Assembly: GCA_043825735.1 (NCBI GenBank)
Contig: JBDRRP010000004.1
Location: forward strand, 1 to 64,000
Length of the DNA stretch: 64,000 nucleotides
Direction: 5' to 3'
From: Pseudomonadota bacterium
GTDB lineage: Bacteria > Desulfobacterota > Desulfobacteria > Desulfobacterales > JBDRRP01
The first letter of the stretch is position 1. Each line of letters opens with the position of its first letter. Below, in pieces: positions 9,294 to 18,972 of this stretch. Below the pieces are notes generated by a model. The model worked only from the letters and a program-made list of their open reading frames with translations. It had not been told where the DNA came from and made no database searches. A program made the translations under genes and the position numbers.

Positions 9294-11273
9294 TTAAAAG
9301 AACTTGAAGGTTCCTAAGAAGTAATGAATTTGCTTGGGTTTGCCGTTCGCCGGAGTGGTGGGTATCCCCAGGTCGTATTTGAATGTGAAGAGGTCTTTGT
9401 AAAACAATCGCAGCCCCCAGCCATAGCCCGAGGCAAACTCGGTGCGGTACTCGTCTGGCGTGGGTTCGTTGATCCATACCCGGCCGGTGTCATAGAAAAG
9501 AGCCAATTGCACCAACTGGGCCAGGCGCTGACCAAATACCTGTTTTTCTGCCAGCCCGGGCGGGGCAAAAAGCAGCTCCCCGGAGAAACTGTACCCGTAG
9601 TCGCCCAGAAAGCTGGTGGGCTCCCAGCCCCGCACCGACCCGTAACCGCCCAGGGAAAACTCTTCGCTGGGCAGCAGGCGATCTTCGGTGATCTGCCCGG
9701 CAGCCCGCACCAGCAGGCTTGTGAATCCGAAAAGTTTTTGAACACGGGCCACGTTGGCGTTGGCTCGCCAGAAGGATAGCGGGACTTCCTGCCGGGTATT
9801 GGGATACTGGGCATCGGGTGAGATGTGCCCGGAGCGTCCTGTCACGGAAACAATGTTCTTACCCAAAAACCGGTCCAGGTTGTCGAAGGCCATGGACGCC
9901 CACCAGACGTTGTAGTTATCGACATTGGTGGTCTGATTGAGCACCTCGCCCAGCGTTTCCCGGTACTCCAGTCCGCCGGAGACTTCCAGGGCCATGCTTT
10001 TCTTCTTGATCACCGGATGAGAGGCCCACCCACCGTATATCCGGGTGGTGCCGCCAAGACCGAGTTGGCTCAACTCCTGGCCGATGATGTAGTTGCTCCA
10101 GAGCATGTTGCCGCCGATTTTGGTGCCGTAGACATTTACCGGCAGGCTGTACTCGCCGTGAACCAGCGTAGAATTTTCAGGCGTGTTACCGGTCACCGTA
10201 CGCAATTTTAGCTGACTGCCCCAACGATGGTCTGTAAACAGACCTTCGACGCCGTATCGGTCAGGTCCCACCAATGGGGAGCCGAAGTTGTTGTAATCCA
10301 CCTTAACCTGGGCATCCAGTGTCATCCGGCTAGTGTCGCGCGCATTGATGACGACGTCGACGCTGCCAGCTTCATCGCCCTTCTTGAGCACGAGGTCCGT
10401 TTTAAGATTGGGCACTTCGTTGGACATCACCAGGGCGCGCTCAAGGCTGGATTCCTTCACCACCCCCTGTTTTTGCTGGGGCTCGAAATAGCGTTTGATC
10501 ACCGTGTCGCTGTAGGGCGAGCGGCCGGTTGTCTTGAGCTTGCCGACGCGGCCTTCGGCAACGGCAATGGTCAGCACCCCGTCCTTGATTTCCTGTTCCG
10601 GGAGATAGGCTCTGGCAAGGATAAAGCCCTTTTCCTGATACAACAGGGTGACCCTATCCGTAAGGGCGCTCATGTCTTCAAGAGCAAGTTCGCGGTCGGT
10701 GAATTCCTTCACCGCCTCGGCGAGCTTTTCAGAAGAGATCACCGTGTTGTCCTTGAAGTCGATCCGGCGGATGAAAACCCCCTGTTGACCAGTCCCCTGA
10801 TCGAGCGATGGCGCGCTTTCCGCGGGCACCTCGGTGGGTGGCGCAGAGAGGCGCTCGGCCGGGGTGGCGGAAGATTCCGGCAGCGCAGAGGGTGCCGCGC
10901 TCTCTGCGACCTTTTCGCTGAAAGCACCGGCAGCGCCGGGTACCGGCGGTGAGACTACGGCCGGGACCGCTTCGGCGACGGGCGGCGCATCGACCTGGAT
11001 GAAGGCTTCAGATATCCAGCCCTCACGCCCATCCACCCGAATGCGGTACCATCTTTCGTCTTTCTCCAGAACCTCGACCGCGATGTCGATGGCGTGACTT
11101 TGCCCGATGGCGGGGTATTCGGTGGCAGGGCCGGTTCTGAGGTTGACCCCGCGCGTGGTGATTTTACCGGTCAGCGGGGGATTGAACACCTCTGCCTGCT
11201 GGGCCAGGGCATGAAAGGCAAAAACGAAGGTGAGCAGCACCGAACACAACGCCATTCTCAATGCATTTGGCAT
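9294..11273 (-). CDS. ShlB/FhaC/HecB-family TpsB outer-membrane transporter with N-terminal SH3 domain
   Basis: Signal peptide; SH3b-like VNLRTGPATEY...WYRIRVDGREGWISEAFI; Pro/Ala linker; POTRA (LYQEKGFILARAYLPEQEIKDGVLTIAVAEG); barrel motif FSLGGYGSVRGW; terminal Phe. Confidence 0.92.
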   Translation of the reverse strand: MPNALRMALCSVLLTFVFAFHALAQQAEVFNPPLTGKITTRGVNLRTGPATEYPAIGQSHAIDIAVEVLEKDERWYRIRVDGREGWISEAFIQVDAPPVAEAVPAVVSPPVPGAAGAFSEKVAESAAPSALPESSATPAERLSAPPTEVPAESAPSLDQGTGQQGVFIRRIDFKDNTVISSEKLAEAVKEFTDRELALEDMSALTDRVTLLYQEKGFILARAYLPEQEIKDGVLTIAVAEGRVGKLKTTGRSPYSDTVIKRYFEPQQKQGVVKESSLERALVMSNEVPNLKTDLVLKKGDEAGSVDVVINARDTSRMTLDAQVKVDYNNFGSPLVGPDRYGVEGLFTDHRWGSQLKLRTVTGNTPENSTLVHGEYSLPVNVYGTKIGGNMLWSNYIIGQELSQLGLGGTTRIYGGWASHPVIKKKSMALEVSGGLEYRETLGEVLNQTTNVDNYNVWWASMAFDNLDRFLGKNIVSVTGRSGHISPDAQYPNTRQEVPLSFWRANANVARVQKLFGFTSLLVRAAGQITEDRLLPSEEFSLGGYGSVRGWEPTSFLGDYGYSFSGELLFAPPGLAEKQVFGQRLAQLVQLALFYDTGRVWINEPTPDEYRTEFASGYGWGLRLFYKDLFTFKYDLGIPTTPANGKPKQIHYFLGTFKFF

Positions 11274-11402
11274 GGCATGCTCCGAAACTAGTGGTCATCG
11301 GTGGTGCTTAAAGGAAATGAAAAACTGTAGAACACCCCTGGCCAGTGAGAATACCATTTTCAGCAAAAACGGCACCTGGCAGTTGGTATCGCCCCCTATC
11401 AG

Positions 11403-11438
11403 TGGGTATCATGTACCCAATCCGCTGGCCATTGTCAA
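11403..11438 (-). promoter_or_regulatory. Putative sigma70 promoter for tpsB (TTGACA-N17-TACATG) overlapped by a TGGGTA-N5-TACCCA palindrome
   Basis: TTGACA at 11438-11433, 17-nt spacer, weak -10 at 11415-11410 lying inside the palindrome 11403-11419. Confidence 0.45.
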
Positions 11439-11501
11439 TACGTCGGCAGAGTTTCCGTGTTTAATCAGTAAAATAGAGGGTATCCACAGATGGCAGGCAG
11501 A

Positions 11502-12200
11502 TCATCCGGCGGGGGCCGCAGCCAGCAGTGCCGAAGCCAGTTCAAGATCTTGGGGTGTTGTGATTTTGATATTCGCATTGCCCGCGGCCATAATGGTTAC
11601 GGGAATACCGATTGATTCAACCATCGTGCTGTCGTCTGTGACCGGCAGCCCCTGCTCCCGAGCCGCCCGGTGGGCGGCGGCGATGATACCCCGTTTGAAA
11701 ACCTGGGGCGTCTGGGCCTGCCACACTGTTCGGCGGTCAATGGTTGATACGATGCGAAAGTCAAGTGCCACGTGTTTGAGCGTATCGGCAACCGGCTGCC
11801 CAATGATGCACGCCCCAGTAACAGCCGCCATCCGCACGCAGGCGTCAATATCGGCGGGCAGCACCAGGGGGCGAACCCCGTCGTGGATCACCACCAAATC
11901 GTCGTCATGGCCGTCGCCGATGGCGGCCAGGCCGTTTCCAACGGAATCCTGCCGCCGCGCGCCGCCGCTCACCAACTGGATCGGCGTATCGATGCCGGCG
12001 GCTGAAAGAATGTGCCGGCGGCAGTAATCGTGGTCGCTTTCCGGGACGACCAGGGCGATGGCGTCCACGGTCGCACAGGCTGAAAACCGCCGAAGGGTAT
12101 GGCACAGGATGGGCAGCCCGGCCAGCGCCAGATACTGCTTGGGCGTAGCGGCCTGCATGCGAAGGCCTTTTCCAGCGGCAACAATCACGGCGCCTACCAT
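11502..12200 (-). CDS. ispD: 2-C-methyl-D-erythritol 4-phosphate cytidylyltransferase
   Basis: AAGKGLRM...PKQY, GGARRQDSV, IHDGVRP, QTPQVF, TDD, NIKITTPQDL motifs. Confidence 0.95.
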   Translation of the reverse strand: MVGAVIVAAGKGLRMQAATPKQYLALAGLPILCHTLRRFSACATVDAIALVVPESDHDYCRRHILSAAGIDTPIQLVSGGARRQDSVGNGLAAIGDGHDDDLVVIHDGVRPLVLPADIDACVRMAAVTGACIIGQPVADTLKHVALDFRIVSTIDRRTVWQAQTPQVFKRGIIAAAHRAAREQGLPVTDDSTMVESIGIPVTIMAAGNANIKITTPQDLELASALLAAAPAG

Positions 12201-12221
12201 GGGCAAGCCCTCAGATGAATA

Positions 12222-12422
12222 GGGTCCGAGGATCCAAGGGGTCGAGGGGTCGAGTGAAAAGCAACGCTGTTAAGCCGTATCGGCGCAACCCTTGCCCCCT
12301 CGAACCCTTGACCCATTTTCTCCAATTAAAGCAAGTTCTTTGCCCAATGATCAACCACGGAATACACGGACCACACGAATAAAGCGTTATTTTTTCTTGG
12401 CGTGCTTGGCGTCTCTGCGAGA
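12222..12422. repeat. Cluster of palindromic intergenic elements (8-nt-period GGGGTCGA arms plus 9-nt-period half elements)
   Basis: GGATCCAAGGGGTCGAGGGGTCGAGTG ... CCCCTCGAACCCTTGACCC; AACCACGGAATACACGGACCACACGAA; CTTGGCGTGCTTGGCGTCTCTGCGAGA. Confidence 0.75.
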
Positions 12423-12487
12423 TGATTGCTTTTTTAAGCAAAGCGCAGGGTTTCTAAGGCAAAGATGCCCTTTCTGGATGGACACCA

Positions 12488-12631
12488 GTGTCCGTCCACA
12501 GGTGGTAGATTTTGGTTCCCGGCAAGGCCCGAGCACTTTTGTCACCGCAGGCGTAGCGGAGCTACGTCGAGGATGGCAAAAGATGCGAGAACGCCGCCGG
12601 GGGCCAAAAGATGCCATCTGTGGGCGGACAC
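12488..12631. repeat. 144-bp palindromic MITE-like element
   Basis: Terminal IRs GTGTCCGTCCACAGGTGG / CCATCTGTGGGCGGACAC; related ends at 12471-12485, 29387-29405 and 62731-62797. Confidence 0.75.
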
Positions 12632-12632
12632 A

Positions 12633-13943
12633 CTACCGGAGGTACTGCAGCTCCCTCGGCAGCGGAATCCCCTTGCCCATGGTGTCCTCGCCGTAGTTGA
12701 CGCCGGCCAGAATTTCAATGTCTCGAAGGGCACGGCTGTCCCCCTCGAAGGTCACGTGGGTGATGTTCTCCTTGTGGATTTTTCCGCCGGCCCACTGGAT
12801 GTCGAGTACGCTGCTGGCATCAAACCGGTCTTCTCCGGCAAGCATCTCCACTGAGCCCCCGTAATGCTGGACAATTTTCGCCACCAGCAGGCTCGGCCGG
12901 GAATGGAAACCGAGCTTGACGGGTATGCTCACGCTGATCCGGGTCCTCTCGATGTTTTCGTTGAGAATCTCCTGAGCCAGGTCTCTGCCGGTACTCAGAT
13001 AGTGGCAGACGTGGTAGAGGCCGTAATTGATGGCCCGGTCCAGAAGCATATCCGGGTCTACCAACTCCACCATGCGGTCCTGCACCTGCCGGTAAATACT
13101 CTTGTAGCTGGTCTGATGCAGATGGCGCTCGTAAAAATGAAGCAATCGGCCGATGAGCTGCAGCAGATGAAAAACCACGGAGAAATGGCCCCGTAGTTGC
13201 TTGAGCTTTCGGTTTCCAAAGCGGTAGCCGCCGTGAATCACGTAAGTGTCAAATGAGGACTGCAGATTGTGGACCACCATCTCGAACTGCCGGATGGAAA
13301 CTTCGCTCACCTGCTCGGGAACAATTTTTCGAATGGCCTCCACATCATAAGGCTCATAAAACCCGAGCTCGTCGAACTCGGCGTAGACACTCAGAAAATC
13401 GCTGGCGATCTTAACGATGTTTTTCTTTTGTACATCCTTGTCCAGATCGTCAATGTCGTAGTCGAGCATCTTGCTGGTGGTCACCCCAGGAAAATCCTCC
13501 TGACTGAAGCTTTCCTCGGTGATGGGGATGGAAAGGCGCTGGGCTTCGGAAAGGATCACGGGGGCCAGTTTCATCAGTGATGTTCGCAGAAAATAGAGGG
13601 TCCTGGTGCCTTGCGCCTCGAATTCCCGCAGATCTCCGAGGTCGTAGAATACGAGCCGGTTGGAGATATGGGTCTGGGAATAGCCCCCGAGGCTCAGATG
13701 TCTCACGGCGGCCGTCAACTCCCTGAAGAAGTACCAATCAGTGTTGTTCTTGGCGCCGTGAAAATCGAGGAAATCCTCCAATACCTGTGAGTTGCCAATC
13801 AAGGTGGAGAAGAGCTTCTTAGTGAAAAGATAGCGTGAGCTGTTAAATCCGGCGATATACTTGCAGCACTTGAGATAATCGTGGCAGAAAACACGCACTT
13901 TGGCTTCAAAAGAGATATCGCAGCTGTCGTATTGGTACTCCAT
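12633..13943 (-). CDS. Protein with uncharacterised N-terminal region and C-terminal HPr phosphocarrier domain
   Basis: C-terminal LGFHSRPS (HPr His15-like) and DASSVLDI (Ser46-like) motifs. Confidence 0.85.
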   Translation of the reverse strand: MEYQYDSCDISFEAKVRVFCHDYLKCCKYIAGFNSSRYLFTKKLFSTLIGNSQVLEDFLDFHGAKNNTDWYFFRELTAAVRHLSLGGYSQTHISNRLVFYDLGDLREFEAQGTRTLYFLRTSLMKLAPVILSEAQRLSIPITEESFSQEDFPGVTTSKMLDYDIDDLDKDVQKKNIVKIASDFLSVYAEFDELGFYEPYDVEAIRKIVPEQVSEVSIRQFEMVVHNLQSSFDTYVIHGGYRFGNRKLKQLRGHFSVVFHLLQLIGRLLHFYERHLHQTSYKSIYRQVQDRMVELVDPDMLLDRAINYGLYHVCHYLSTGRDLAQEILNENIERTRISVSIPVKLGFHSRPSLLVAKIVQHYGGSVEMLAGEDRFDASSVLDIQWAGGKIHKENITHVTFEGDSRALRDIEILAGVNYGEDTMGKGIPLPRELQYLR

Positions 13944-13945
13944 GG

Positions 13946-15121
13946 CTACATCATATCCTTCTGGGTTTCTTCTACGGTCTGGTCCAGCCGACGTTGAAGA
14001 CCGGCAGGCAGCCCCTCGATGTCCACATTAAGAAAACCCCGGACAATCGTCGATATGGCGGCGTCCTCGTCAAGCCCGCGGGCCATCAGATATTCGATCT
14101 CCCGCTGGTCGATCTTTCCGACAGCCGCTTCATGGGACATTTCCACGCCCGGCACAGTTCCCGACAGCTCTGGGACGGCCTGCATCAGCCCGTTGTTGAG
14201 GATCAGCCCCTTGCACTCCAGATGGGCTTTAACGCCGGCGCAGTTGCCCACCAGGTCGCCTCTGGCAATGATGGTCCCTCCGGCGGCGATGCCGCGGGAG
14301 ATGATCTCCGCCCGCGTCTGCGGGGCGTTGAGCACCACCCGTGATCCCACGTCCAGATGGCTGCCTTCGGCAGCCACAAGGATGCTGTTAAAACGGGCCA
14401 CCGCCCCGCAACCGTTGAGGTAGGTCGTCGGAAACATCTGCAGCGAGCCTACCGGCCGAAGGGAAATGTAATTGCTGATGAGCACCCCGCCTTCTTCCAC
14501 TGTCGTAACAGTGCGGGGCCTGACGTTCACTTGCGCCCCCCAGTCGTGGATCATGGTGAAGGTGAGCTTTGCGTTCTTTTTCACGTAGAACTCGGATACC
14601 CCCACATGAAGGCCCGAGACCAGATGCGGGGCCGTTGCGCACCCGGTGATAATATGCAGCTCCGAATCTTCTTCGGCCACCACGACGTTGTGCACATTCT
14701 GGGCGAATCCGTTCTTGGCGATGTAAAGACATGCCTGGACCGGCGCCTCGGCTTTGACGCCGGGCAACGAACGGATGAAGTAGCCTTCATGGGGATACTG
14801 CCGTGCCTGGTCAGTGAAAGTGTCCGTGTCAGCGCGTATGTTTCGCCACATGTAGTCGCCCAGGCCGTCATAGCGCGCGATGGCCTCGGAGATGCCCATC
14901 ATTTCGATGCCTTTTTGACGACTGGAACAGTGGACTACCGAGCGGTCCTTCTGAATGAAAGACCCCATGCGACCGTTTTCAGCGAGATCGATGCCCACGT
15001 CCAGCAGTTTGCCGGCATCATCGGCTTGAAGATTCTCGAGCCGCGAGAGGTAAGCGTGGTCTTCGGCGTCCATATCGTAGCTTTTCAGATCGACTTGAGG
15101 CAGTCCGTTCACATCGCGCAT
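13946..15121 (-). CDS. sufB: SufB/SufD-family Fe-S scaffold (SmsB-like)
   Basis: QNVHN...[17 protein letters not shown]...[11 protein letters not shown]...YLMARGL motifs; start placed at ATG 15121, overlapping the end of sufC. Confidence 0.88.
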   Translation of the reverse strand: MRDVNGLPQVDLKSYDMDAEDHAYLSRLENLQADDAGKLLDVGIDLAENGRMGSFIQKDRSVVHCSSRQKGIEMMGISEAIARYDGLGDYMWRNIRADTDTFTDQARQYPHEGYFIRSLPGVKAEAPVQACLYIAKNGFAQNVHNVVVAEEDSELHIITGCATAPHLVSGLHVGVSEFYVKKNAKLTFTMIHDWGAQVNVRPRTVTTVEEGGVLISNYISLRPVGSLQMFPTTYLNGCGAVARFNSILVAAEGSHLDVGSRVVLNAPQTRAEIISRGIAAGGTIIARGDLVGNCAGVKAHLECKGLILNNGLMQAVPELSGTVPGVEMSHEAAVGKIDQREIEYLMARGLDEDAAISTIVRGFLNVDIEGLPAGLQRRLDQTVEETQKDMM

Positions 15122-15867
15122 CGCACACACTCCTGGTATCCGTATTCCCTGATCCACTTCAGGATTTCTCTCGCGTTTCGCGAGCAGCACAACATACCGT
15201 TGTAGAGTACCTGCCCCTTGTCCGCGGTGATATAGTCCAAAATATGACCGGTGTGGGTGATGACCAGGGCGGACTTGGCCTGTCCGGCCATCACGACCTT
15301 GTGGGGATGCTCGGTGGGGAGATTGATACCGCGACCGAGCAGGGCGTTGATCGTCTCCCCCAGCAGGACGATATTCTCCAAGTCCACGCCCGACTCCGGT
15401 TCATCAAGAAGCACGAGATCCGGCTGCTGCGCCATCAGCTGAAGCATTTCCGAGCGTTTGATTTCACCCCCGGAAAAGCTATGATTGACGTCCCTATCGA
15501 GAAAATCGGTAAAATTGAGCCGCTCGGCCAGGGTGTCGATATCAACCGGACGGCCCTGGGCGCAGATGCTGACCATATTTCTTGTCTTCAGCCCGTTAAT
15601 GGTAGGGGGCCGTTGAAAGGAGACGCCTATCCCCAACCGTGCACGTTCATAAATCGGAAGGTGCGTGATGTCTTGGCCTTTAAAGGTGATCTTACCGTGG
15701 GTCACGCGGTAGCCGGAAAACCCCATAATGGTCATCATCAGGCTGGTTTTGCCGTGGCCGTTGGGGCCAAAAAGGATATGCGTCTCCCCCTTTGGGATCT
15801 CCATGTTGACGTTTTGCAAAATCGGTTTACCACCGACTTCAACGGCAAGTTCTTCAATAACGAGCAT
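15109..15867 (-). CDS. sufC: SufC-family ABC ATPase (SmsC-like)
   Basis: Walker A GPNGHGKT, signature FSGGEIKR, Walker [12 protein letters not shown]-loop ITHTG; C-terminal ECVRC. Confidence 0.9.
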   Translation of the reverse strand: MLVIEELAVEVGGKPILQNVNMEIPKGETHILFGPNGHGKTSLMMTIMGFSGYRVTHGKITFKGQDITHLPIYERARLGIGVSFQRPPTINGLKTRNMVSICAQGRPVDIDTLAERLNFTDFLDRDVNHSFSGGEIKRSEMLQLMAQQPDLVLLDEPESGVDLENIVLLGETINALLGRGINLPTEHPHKVVMAGQAKSALVITHTGHILDYITADKGQVLYNGMLCCSRNAREILKWIREYGYQECVRCAM

Positions 15868-15960
15868 CCTGGTCTCTCTCTCTCTCTTTATAAACCGCAG
15901 ACGATGATTGCACACAGTTCAGGTTTGACCGTAAAGGCCTATTTATCCCGGCAGAGGTTA

Positions 15961-16163
15961 TCACCACGAAGTTCACGAAGAACACGAAGTTTTTAAACAT
16001 AACCACATTAATGCTTGCCTATAAATAATACGGCAGAAAACGGCAGTACATCATAAACAAGTGGTTTGTTTTGGTGTTTTTCCCTGCGTCGCGGCGTCTC
16101 TGCGTGATAAAAATAATTTGATCTTTCTCTTCGTTCTTCGTGCACTTCGTGTTCTTCGTGGTT
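15961..16163. repeat. 9-nt-period palindromic element with a nested half element
   Basis: CACCACGAAGTTCACGAAGAACACGAAG ... CTTCGTGCACTTCGTGTTCTTCGTGGTT; inner CTGCGTCGCGGCGTCTCTGCGTGA. Confidence 0.8.
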
Positions 16164-16230
16164 CCATCGGTTCGCTCCTGCCAATGACAACCTGGCGTGC
16201 ACATAACCTGAAACCGTTTGACCAAAAAAG

Positions 16231-16641
<411 letters not shown>

Positions 16642-16694
16642 TTTTTTTCCCTGGTTATGCACTATTCTCCAGCTGGGGGCTTGGCTGTTTCGTC

Positions 16695-16846
16695 GGGGAA
16701 GGGTTCACAGCCCTCCCGCAATCGGCGAAGATGACCCCAATCGTTTGTGTTCACCGATCACGGGCGAGGGTCCTCCTTCGCCAAGGCTTCCACCGTCGCT
16801 GCGCTATGGCGGACAAGACGGCGGACAAGAAAACCCCGCACCCTAC
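16695..16846. repeat. REP-like pair whose right unit carries two nested palindromic inserts
   Basis: Homologous to 31571-31621 but interrupted by CCTCCTTCGCCAAGGCT[TCCACCGTCGCTGCGCTATGGCGGACAAG]ACGGCGGAC. Confidence 0.75.
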
Positions 16847-16886
16847 ACGATTTGGTAACCCCCGGTGCCCATGCGGCGTTTCTCCG

Positions 16887-17612
16887 TTACTGGATACGCT
16901 TATGCCAAAAAATGATGCGCGCACACTTGGGACACAGCTTCAGTTCGTTTCTGCGCTGCAGATCGTTGTAGAGCTGTTGCGGAATACTCAACTTGCACCC
17001 CTGGCAAATCGCATCGATGACCTCACAAACCGCCACCCCGTCGGGTTTTTGCTGCCGTACGAGGCGGTACTTGGCCTTAAGATCATTGGCGATGTCAGCA
17101 CTGAGCGCCGCGACCTCCTTCTCCAGATCAGCCAGAAGGCGGCGGTCGTTTTCGGCTCGGGCGGTAACGGTGCTGATCTCAGCCTCGATTTCCGCTTTAG
17201 CCTCTGTCAAAGCGGTTTCTGCCGCAGCAACCGATTCATCGGCAAGATCCATGGCATCGAGATCGGCGATCATGATATCCTCGATTTGCGACATGTGCCC
17301 TTTGACGTCGTCAATTTCCTTCAATACCGATTCGTATTCCTTGTTCGTCTTGACTTCATGAAGACGGGCATTGCTGCGCTTGACCAGCACCGCCAGCTCC
17401 TTCACCTGGTTCTCGCGCTCCCGGTAGATTTTCTTGAGAGCATCCCGTTGGCTCCGGCGCAGCGCCAGATCTGCAGTTTGCGTTTCCAGACGTTGAGACA
17501 AAAGCGCGCAGCGACCGGGTACGGCGGCAAGGGCGGCCTGCAGATCCCGTATCTGAGTATCGCGTTTTTGGACCTTGGAAAGCAGATCAAGTTGTTCGGA
17601 AAACGTAGCCAT
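16887..17612 (-). CDS. Coiled-coil protein with C4-type zinc ribbon (DUF164-like)
   Basis: Long coiled coil, C-terminal CQGC...CPKCARIIF; the Nif3 / zinc-ribbon / rnpB context is typical. Confidence 0.9.
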   Translation of the reverse strand: MATFSEQLDLLSKVQKRDTQIRDLQAALAAVPGRCALLSQRLETQTADLALRRSQRDALKKIYRERENQVKELAVLVKRSNARLHEVKTNKEYESVLKEIDDVKGHMSQIEDIMIADLDAMDLADESVAAAETALTEAKAEIEAEISTVTARAENDRRLLADLEKEVAALSADIANDLKAKYRLVRQQKPDGVAVCEVIDAICQGCKLSIPQQLYNDLQRRNELKLCPKCARIIFWHKRIQ

Positions 17613-17641
17613 ACCCGCTTAACCCCTTAAGGCGCCGGCGC

Positions 17642-18778
17642 CTATCCGTCTTGCCTCCCAGCGAGCGGTCGAAAGGGATCCGTCTCGATCTGGCAGGGCG
17701 TTATGGTAACATGAAATCCCAACTGCATGGCGGCCGCCGTCATGTGTTCGGCAAGGGGCCGGGCAAAAATGATCTCCGATGCAAAATGCCCCAGATCGAT
17801 GAGCGCCTTACCGGCCATCTCAATACGGCGGGCATCGTGGTAACGGACGTCCCCGCTGATGAACACATCGGCGCCGGAGCGCAAGAAATCTTCCATGAGG
17901 CTTCCGCCGCTGCCGGTGCACACCGCGGCGGTCTTCACCATCATTCCGGGCTCGCCCACGATCCGGGCCCCGTCAGTATCGAATCTGCGCGCAAGTGCCG
18001 CGGCATAGTCGTCCAGGCGCTGCGGCGTGTCAAGCCGCCCTACCCGCCCAAGACCCGCGGCGGTTGGCGGCGATTCCAGCGGGTACACGTCGTAGGCCAT
18101 GGTCTCATAGGGATGCACCTTTTGGATGCGCCTCACCACGTCCTCAACATGGCGCCGTGGGCTCACCATCTCCAGGCGGTATTCAGCCGCCTGGGAAGCT
18201 TCGCCCGGTTTCCCTGAAAAAGGCCGGGCGTCGGCATCCGGGGTGAACGTACCGATCCCCGGCGAACGGAACGTACATCCGGTATAGGGCCCGATACGGC
18301 CGGCAGGCGTACCGGCGATGGCCGTAACGATCGCGCTGTCATACCCGTCGGGCACCGTGACCACCAGCTTCACGATGTCTTCTCCGGCAGCCGGCACCAG
18401 GGGACGCAGATCAACCATCCCGCAAAGATCGGCAGCGATGTCGTTTAGACCGCCCACAGTGCTGTCAAGGTTTGTGTGGGCAGACAGCACTGCCAACCGG
18501 TGCTTGACTGACAGGGAAATGATGCGACCGGTCTCTTCACTGAAATCGATGCTCGACAGGGGTTTGAAAATCAATGGATGGTGGGTGATGAGAAGATGGA
18601 CTCCCGCCTGGCAGGCGGCATCGATGACATCCGGCAACGGATCGAGTGCAACCCACGCCGTTTCAACCGGCCAGCCCGGATCGCCGATCTGCAGCCCCAC
18701 GTTATCCCAGGTTTCGGCTAGACCGCCGGGTGCGAAGGTGGTCAGCAGCTCAACCATGTCTTTAACAGTGGGCGTCAT
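17642..18778 (-). CDS. Nif3-like dinuclear metal centre hexameric protein (YbgI/YqfO type)
   Basis: WDNVGLQIG, ITHHPLIF, HTNLD, HPYE, GSGG, DLGHFASE motifs; start ATG 18778 (the longer ORF runs into the tRNA). Confidence 0.92.
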   Translation of the reverse strand: MTPTVKDMVELLTTFAPGGLAETWDNVGLQIGDPGWPVETAWVALDPLPDVIDAACQAGVHLLITHHPLIFKPLSSIDFSEETGRIISLSVKHRLAVLSAHTNLDSTVGGLNDIAADLCGMVDLRPLVPAAGEDIVKLVVTVPDGYDSAIVTAIAGTPAGRIGPYTGCTFRSPGIGTFTPDADARPFSGKPGEASQAAEYRLEMVSPRRHVEDVVRRIQKVHPYETMAYDVYPLESPPTAAGLGRVGRLDTPQRLDDYAAALARRFDTDGARIVGEPGMMVKTAAVCTGSGGSLMEDFLRSGADVFISGDVRYHDARRIEMAGKALIDLGHFASEIIFARPLAEHMTAAAMQLGFHVTITPCQIETDPFRPLAGRQDG

Positions 18779-18844
18779 ATCACCGTCTGCCGATTCCTTC
18801 CGGGCGAGTTGCAGGCCGTTTAATGAAAAAAGGCGGTTGGGGAG

Positions 18845-18917
18845 TGGGCCCACCTGGGTTCGAACCAGGGACCGACCGGTTATGAGCCGGTGGCTCTTCC
18901 AGCTGAGCTATGGGCCC
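18845..18917 (-). tRNA. tRNA-Ile(CAT) (Ile2 type), CCA not encoded
   Basis: GGGCCCA-TA-GCTC-AGCTGGAA-GAGC-C-ACCGG-CTCATAA-CCGGT-CGGTC-CCTGG-TTCGAAC-CCAGG-TGGGCCC-A; fully paired G1:C72 acceptor and position right after rpoD favour Ile2 over Met. Confidence 0.9.
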
Positions 18918-18972
18918 GCGGACCTAAATGCGTGAGGTTTTCTATAGTCCACCGCGTTTTTTGTCAAGCCTG

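Noticed and set aside
18845..18917. tRNA-Met assignment for the CAT anticodon
   Set aside because: It lacks the initiator C1:A72 mismatch and GGG/CCC anticodon stem; sequence and position after rpoD fit Ile2. Elongator Met is not fully excluded without a covariance model.
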